Source of the DNA: Candidatus Poseidoniales archaeon
Lineage (GTDB): Archaea; Thermoplasmatota; Poseidoniia; Poseidoniales; Poseidoniaceae
Direction of reading: 5' to 3'
DNA: 64,000 nucleotides
Assembly (NCBI GenBank): GCA_038144595.1
Contig: JAYQOB010000006.1
Span: 68,013 to 132,012 of the forward strand
Each line of letters begins with the position of its first letter. Positions within the stretch are counted from its first letter, which is position 1. Positions 61,901-64,000 of the stretch are shown here, in pieces. The notes beneath the pieces were generated by a model. That model was not told where the DNA came from. It did not search any database and saw nothing but the letters and a program-made list of their open reading frames with translations. The translations under genes and the position numbers were made by a program.

Positions 61901-63985
61901 CATGTTGTTGCCCGTGTTGGCGAGGTCGATGTCGAACGTGGTCTCTTCGCCGACCATGGCGTCGAGGGTGGTGCCGTTGTGGCCTTCAACACCAAGCACG
62001 GGTGGAATGTTGATGGTCAAGGTCTGCGAGATGGAGGTTGGAATCACGTTGGCGCTGCTGTGAGCCGCACCGAGGCTCGGCGTGGCCGTAATGGGGATGG
62101 ACAGCGAACCGGCCACGGAATAGTCGTCGGCGGGCCCCTGAACCGTCAACACGGCCTGACGGGTCTCACCGAGGGACATGCCCGGCAACGAGGTGGGCGT
62201 TAATCCAACGGCCCAGCGAGCCGCTTCAGAGAAACCACCGGACGAATCGGAGGTGAAGACAGGCGTGCCGAGGGAGAGGGTGGTGTCGACCGTCTCTGAG
62301 AGCTCCGTGACGAGGTTGTGGCGGACCTCGACTTCGAGATCGAGAATTTCTTCCAATCCGCTCCCCTGCTGTGCTTCAAGGACTTGCTGCACCGTCATGT
62401 CAATGCTCTGGGTTGGCAGGCCGGGGTCCACCACGATGACGGGGAGAATGCGAACGGGCGTGGCGTTGACTTCTGGTACGCCGCCGTCCACCGAGGTGGC
62501 TTGTGCCCACACGGACATGGTGTCGCCGGCTCCGTTGTATTCCGCAGGAACGAGCGGATTCTGAATCACGGGCGGGGTGACCGTGAGCGTGACGTTGACC
62601 GATTCACCGGGCTGGAGCGTGCCCGTGGTGGCGGATGAAAACGAAAGATCCCAGTTGATGGGGTTGGTCGAGATGCCGGCGTTGAGGGTGAAGGACGTTG
62701 GTGCGTTGCCATCGTTTTGCACCTTCACTTGAATGGGCGAGGGATTACCCGGCGTCAGTGATTTGGTGTCGCTGTCCATTTCGACCGTGCCGTCGTAGGA
62801 TTCGCTCGCAAGGATGGTGGTGGAGACGCTCTTGGCAAATCCACCGCCGTTGGAGGTGATACTGAGCGTGATGGTGTCGGCGTCGGTTCGGAGCGCCGAT
62901 GCTGGGACGGTTACGTCGACGAACACGTAGGTGGTGCCGTTGGCCGTGACCGTTGGCGTGGAGGGCGATGGGCTGACGGCCGACACCCACCCGTTCACGT
63001 CCGAAACGCTGACCTGATAGTCATCCACACTGACACCGGTGTTTTCGATGGCGTAGGTCAACTGTGCTGTTTGCCCGGGCTCAACGCTGCGGTCGTGAGC
63101 GGCGGTCAACTCAAAGTCGTAGTTGGAAAACACCACGCGCTGGTTGAGGAACTCGATTGAATTGGCCCAATTCAGTCCGTTGAAATGCATCTCACCAACC
63201 ACATCCCACTGCCCTGTGCGTGCGGTCGCATCGAACTGCATGGTGACATCGTAGAGGGCGGCTCCACCGGCATACAGGGAGCCGGGGCGAACAACGGGGA
63301 CGATGCTGGAGACCTCGGAGAAGGCGTTCGTAGGGTTGCCTGCTTCGGTGAAGTTGAGGTAGAACTGGGCCGATTGATTCTTCACGCCGTCGTTGCGAAC
63401 TTTGACGGTAAAATCGTGCATGGTTTGCGACCACACCACGCTGCTGGCGCCGCTGCTTGGTTGCGGGATGTCCACCACCGGAACGCTGCTGTTTTGATAG
63501 CGGCTCACGTTGATGACCATCTGGTCTTCGTTGTTGGCCGTGTTCACGTCGGTGGAGGAGGAGATGCGTGCCTTCAGGATCTGATTGGCCCCCAAGGTGG
63601 CCGACCACGAGAAGACCGACACAGCACTGGAAGCACCGGCGGCGATAACGCCAAGGTCGGTGCTGTCAATGAGGACATCGCCGGATGAGGCCGTACCCTG
63701 GAGAAGCAGCGTGAGCGATGCCTGGCCTGCTGCGAGGCCGATGTTTTGAACCTGAACACGAACGACGTGGGTGGCGTCTTCGGCCTCTATTCCGCCGCCG
63801 AGGTTCATCGAACCCGCATCATCCAAGGTGAACGATGACACCACGAAATCAGGCGTTGATCGTCCGCCATCGGCCATGGCGAGCGGTGTCAAGCTCGCCA
63901 CCAACATCAGGGCAACAAGGCCCAAGGGGACGGCGGGCTTAGACAGGGTCTGCACCTCCTCGATTGGGTTCCGTGAAGCGGTCAA
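58988..63985 (-). CDS. Large (1,665 aa) surface protein: signal peptide, many CARDB/Ig-like repeats, then a 5-TM module and an acidic cytoplasmic tail
   Basis: Uninterrupted 5-kb ORF. Signal ...PLGLVALMLVASLTPLAMA/DGG. Repeated motifs of the type VxVxNxGxxxxxxxL. The last 261 aa (58988..59773) contain 5 hydrophobic helices and the tail EAEEGAEEEVEDDA. The start is uncertain (TTG 63985 or GTG 63955). Confidence 0.8.
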   Translation of the reverse strand: MTASRNPIEEVQTLSKPAVPLGLVALMLVASLTPLAMADGGRSTPDFVVSSFTLDDAGSMNLGGGIEAEDATHVVRVQVQNIGLAAGQASLTLLLQGTASSGDVLIDSTDLGVIAAGASSAVSVFSWSATLGANQILKARISSSTDVNTANNEDQMVINVSRYQNSSVPVVDIPQPSSGASSVVWSQTMHDFTVKVRNDGVKNQSAQFYLNFTEAGNPTNAFSEVSSIVPVVRPGSLYAGGAALYDVTMQFDATARTGQWDVVGEMHFNGLNWANSIEFLNQRVVFSNYDFELTAAHDRSVEPGQTAQLTYAIENTGVSVDDYQVSVSDVNGWVSAVSPSPSTPTVTANGTTYVFVDVTVPASALRTDADTITLSITSNGGGFAKSVSTTILASESYDGTVEMDSDTKSLTPGNPSPIQVKVQNDGNAPTSFTLNAGISTNPINWDLSFSSATTGTLQPGESVNVTLTVTPPVIQNPLVPAEYNGAGDTMSVWAQATSVDGGVPEVNATPVRILPVIVVDPGLPTQSIDMTVQQVLEAQQGSGLEEILDLEVEVRHNLVTELSETVDTTLSLGTPVFTSDSSGGFSEAARWAVGLTPTSLPGMSLGETRQAVLTVQGPADDYSVAGSLSIPITATPSLGAAHSSANVIPTSISQTLTINIPPVLGVEGHNGTTLDAMVGEETTFDIDLANTGNNMTSYRLVLNDQVPDGWDVSFSTSSIMPSTTVTDVPADVADYPSNASTHITTFPLILTTDPEAPANSVEPIGIDVFEMSSGTYIASFEVPIRVGEKVNASLSPTSQTVNLSIGETITTSVIISNDGNTPATFGVYLDTSNAGEIDFVLETPTVVQIGAGYESTVRVRLTPTTDALAAANYYATVWVSNVESGLNLSANILGNISEQHGLVVGTLEEIGVVPGETQTVDFSLINNGNLVEDVIVETSVAGNWTVTPASLPLSLDVGATYTGSFDVDVPALTDDNSMANGALYPVTIRVLNATTGDELKVHTFRFVVAPLFLVEVEDWPTTMDYHRGISRTWDVKITNTGNKDVEVNVTYTLLQGGLTTPSLDWEVSPTAPSRLFLPRGETVPFSFSISSVAVQPALTLAANLILTLDPTEEAVQGSAEYYTDLRMNRFFELGDTSVTPPSDNGPQSFSIVYSHIPMGPESAVAYELELCRAERLLDVDDLGQNASLYGWTFAVRVDDTDYPLNMSAFCGSTSLGPESRITLPSRQPWVTSAPIELIVDAPNPPNILPGDGWDLTFRLYHPDENSGYTVYEEDVFTYQLAVFADPAIHAQGPVDPEAFYEGQETQYQVTVRNDGTAQALGVSAMLDCNGAVDVLSVPDMVPIMAANAEHTFTWDVRPVTIDWWEVERTVQCDASLSFLYVGDGNDETNDRSQGVDLGEETVQSWSPDLSIAFVACVVAALLSFVFVRLSSQSEKWQLGGVYAGVIAFGFAFHLFQVPYYGPAILALSALWIWRMTWKSSDEFRLIHEDYQRARKGTSTVYSDHFEALKDSRRQLTIILSIPVLGMLAIVLGLPPQLSTDSDNLVVMAAYFFIIMAGVWYLLKRSDKMYGNLYGRMTDAEVKSIRIERDLSDPARLLNDLADEGLDFSAILGERAPVAAATTGGAAAPAGGASEPIISDEGEKEPATDLVFEAEEGAEEEVEDDA

Positions 63986-64000
63986 TCGTGACCGACTTCC

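Overview
GC-rich archaeal chromosomal window. The archaeal call rests on an archaellum operon (flaB-flaF-flaG-flaH-flaI-flaJ), class III (type IV pilin-like) signal sequences, TATA-type promoters, a Nob1-like PIN protein and one tRNA-Glu. The gene content fits an uncultured marine euryarchaeote (Poseidoniales/MG-II-like), but that cannot be established without a database search. There are four blocks. (1) 1-14.1 kb is an alpha-glucan utilisation locus: secreted GH57, MalQ (GH77), alpha-glucan phosphorylase, secreted GH13 amylase, and a CUT1-type ABC importer whose binding protein is fused to the MalF-like permease. (2) 14.2-37.9 kb is a co-directional cell-envelope island: a 4,609-aa beta-helix/cadherin-like adhesin, a lipoprotein, a 1,046-aa anchored surface protein and a MacB/FtsX-type ABC pair with a 1,530-aa permease. 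(3) 37.9-50 kb is compact housekeeping: MoaD/SAMP-like, TatA, Nob1-like, DedA, tRNA-Glu, redox genes, H+-PPase, NifU-like, PolX, EndoIII. (4) 50-64 kb is the archaellum operon, headed by a 1,665-aa Ig-repeat membrane protein and other non-canonical accessory genes. The most unusual observation is that the giant adhesin ORF ends, in frame and with no stop, in a complete archaeal type IV pilin module. That module has a class III signal motif, a hydrophobic helix and a globular domain, and it sits behind a TM anchor and an acidic cytoplasmic loop. This suggests a prepilin-peptidase-processed polyprotein or a nested pilin gene. Second, at least six or seven reading-frame discontinuities cluster in surface and motility genes (both archaellins, flaF, a lipoprotein, the GH13 anchor), while about 35 kb of very long ORFs are intact. 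No CRISPR array, rRNA, transposase or integrase was seen. All functional calls come from motif recognition by eye; no searches were run.
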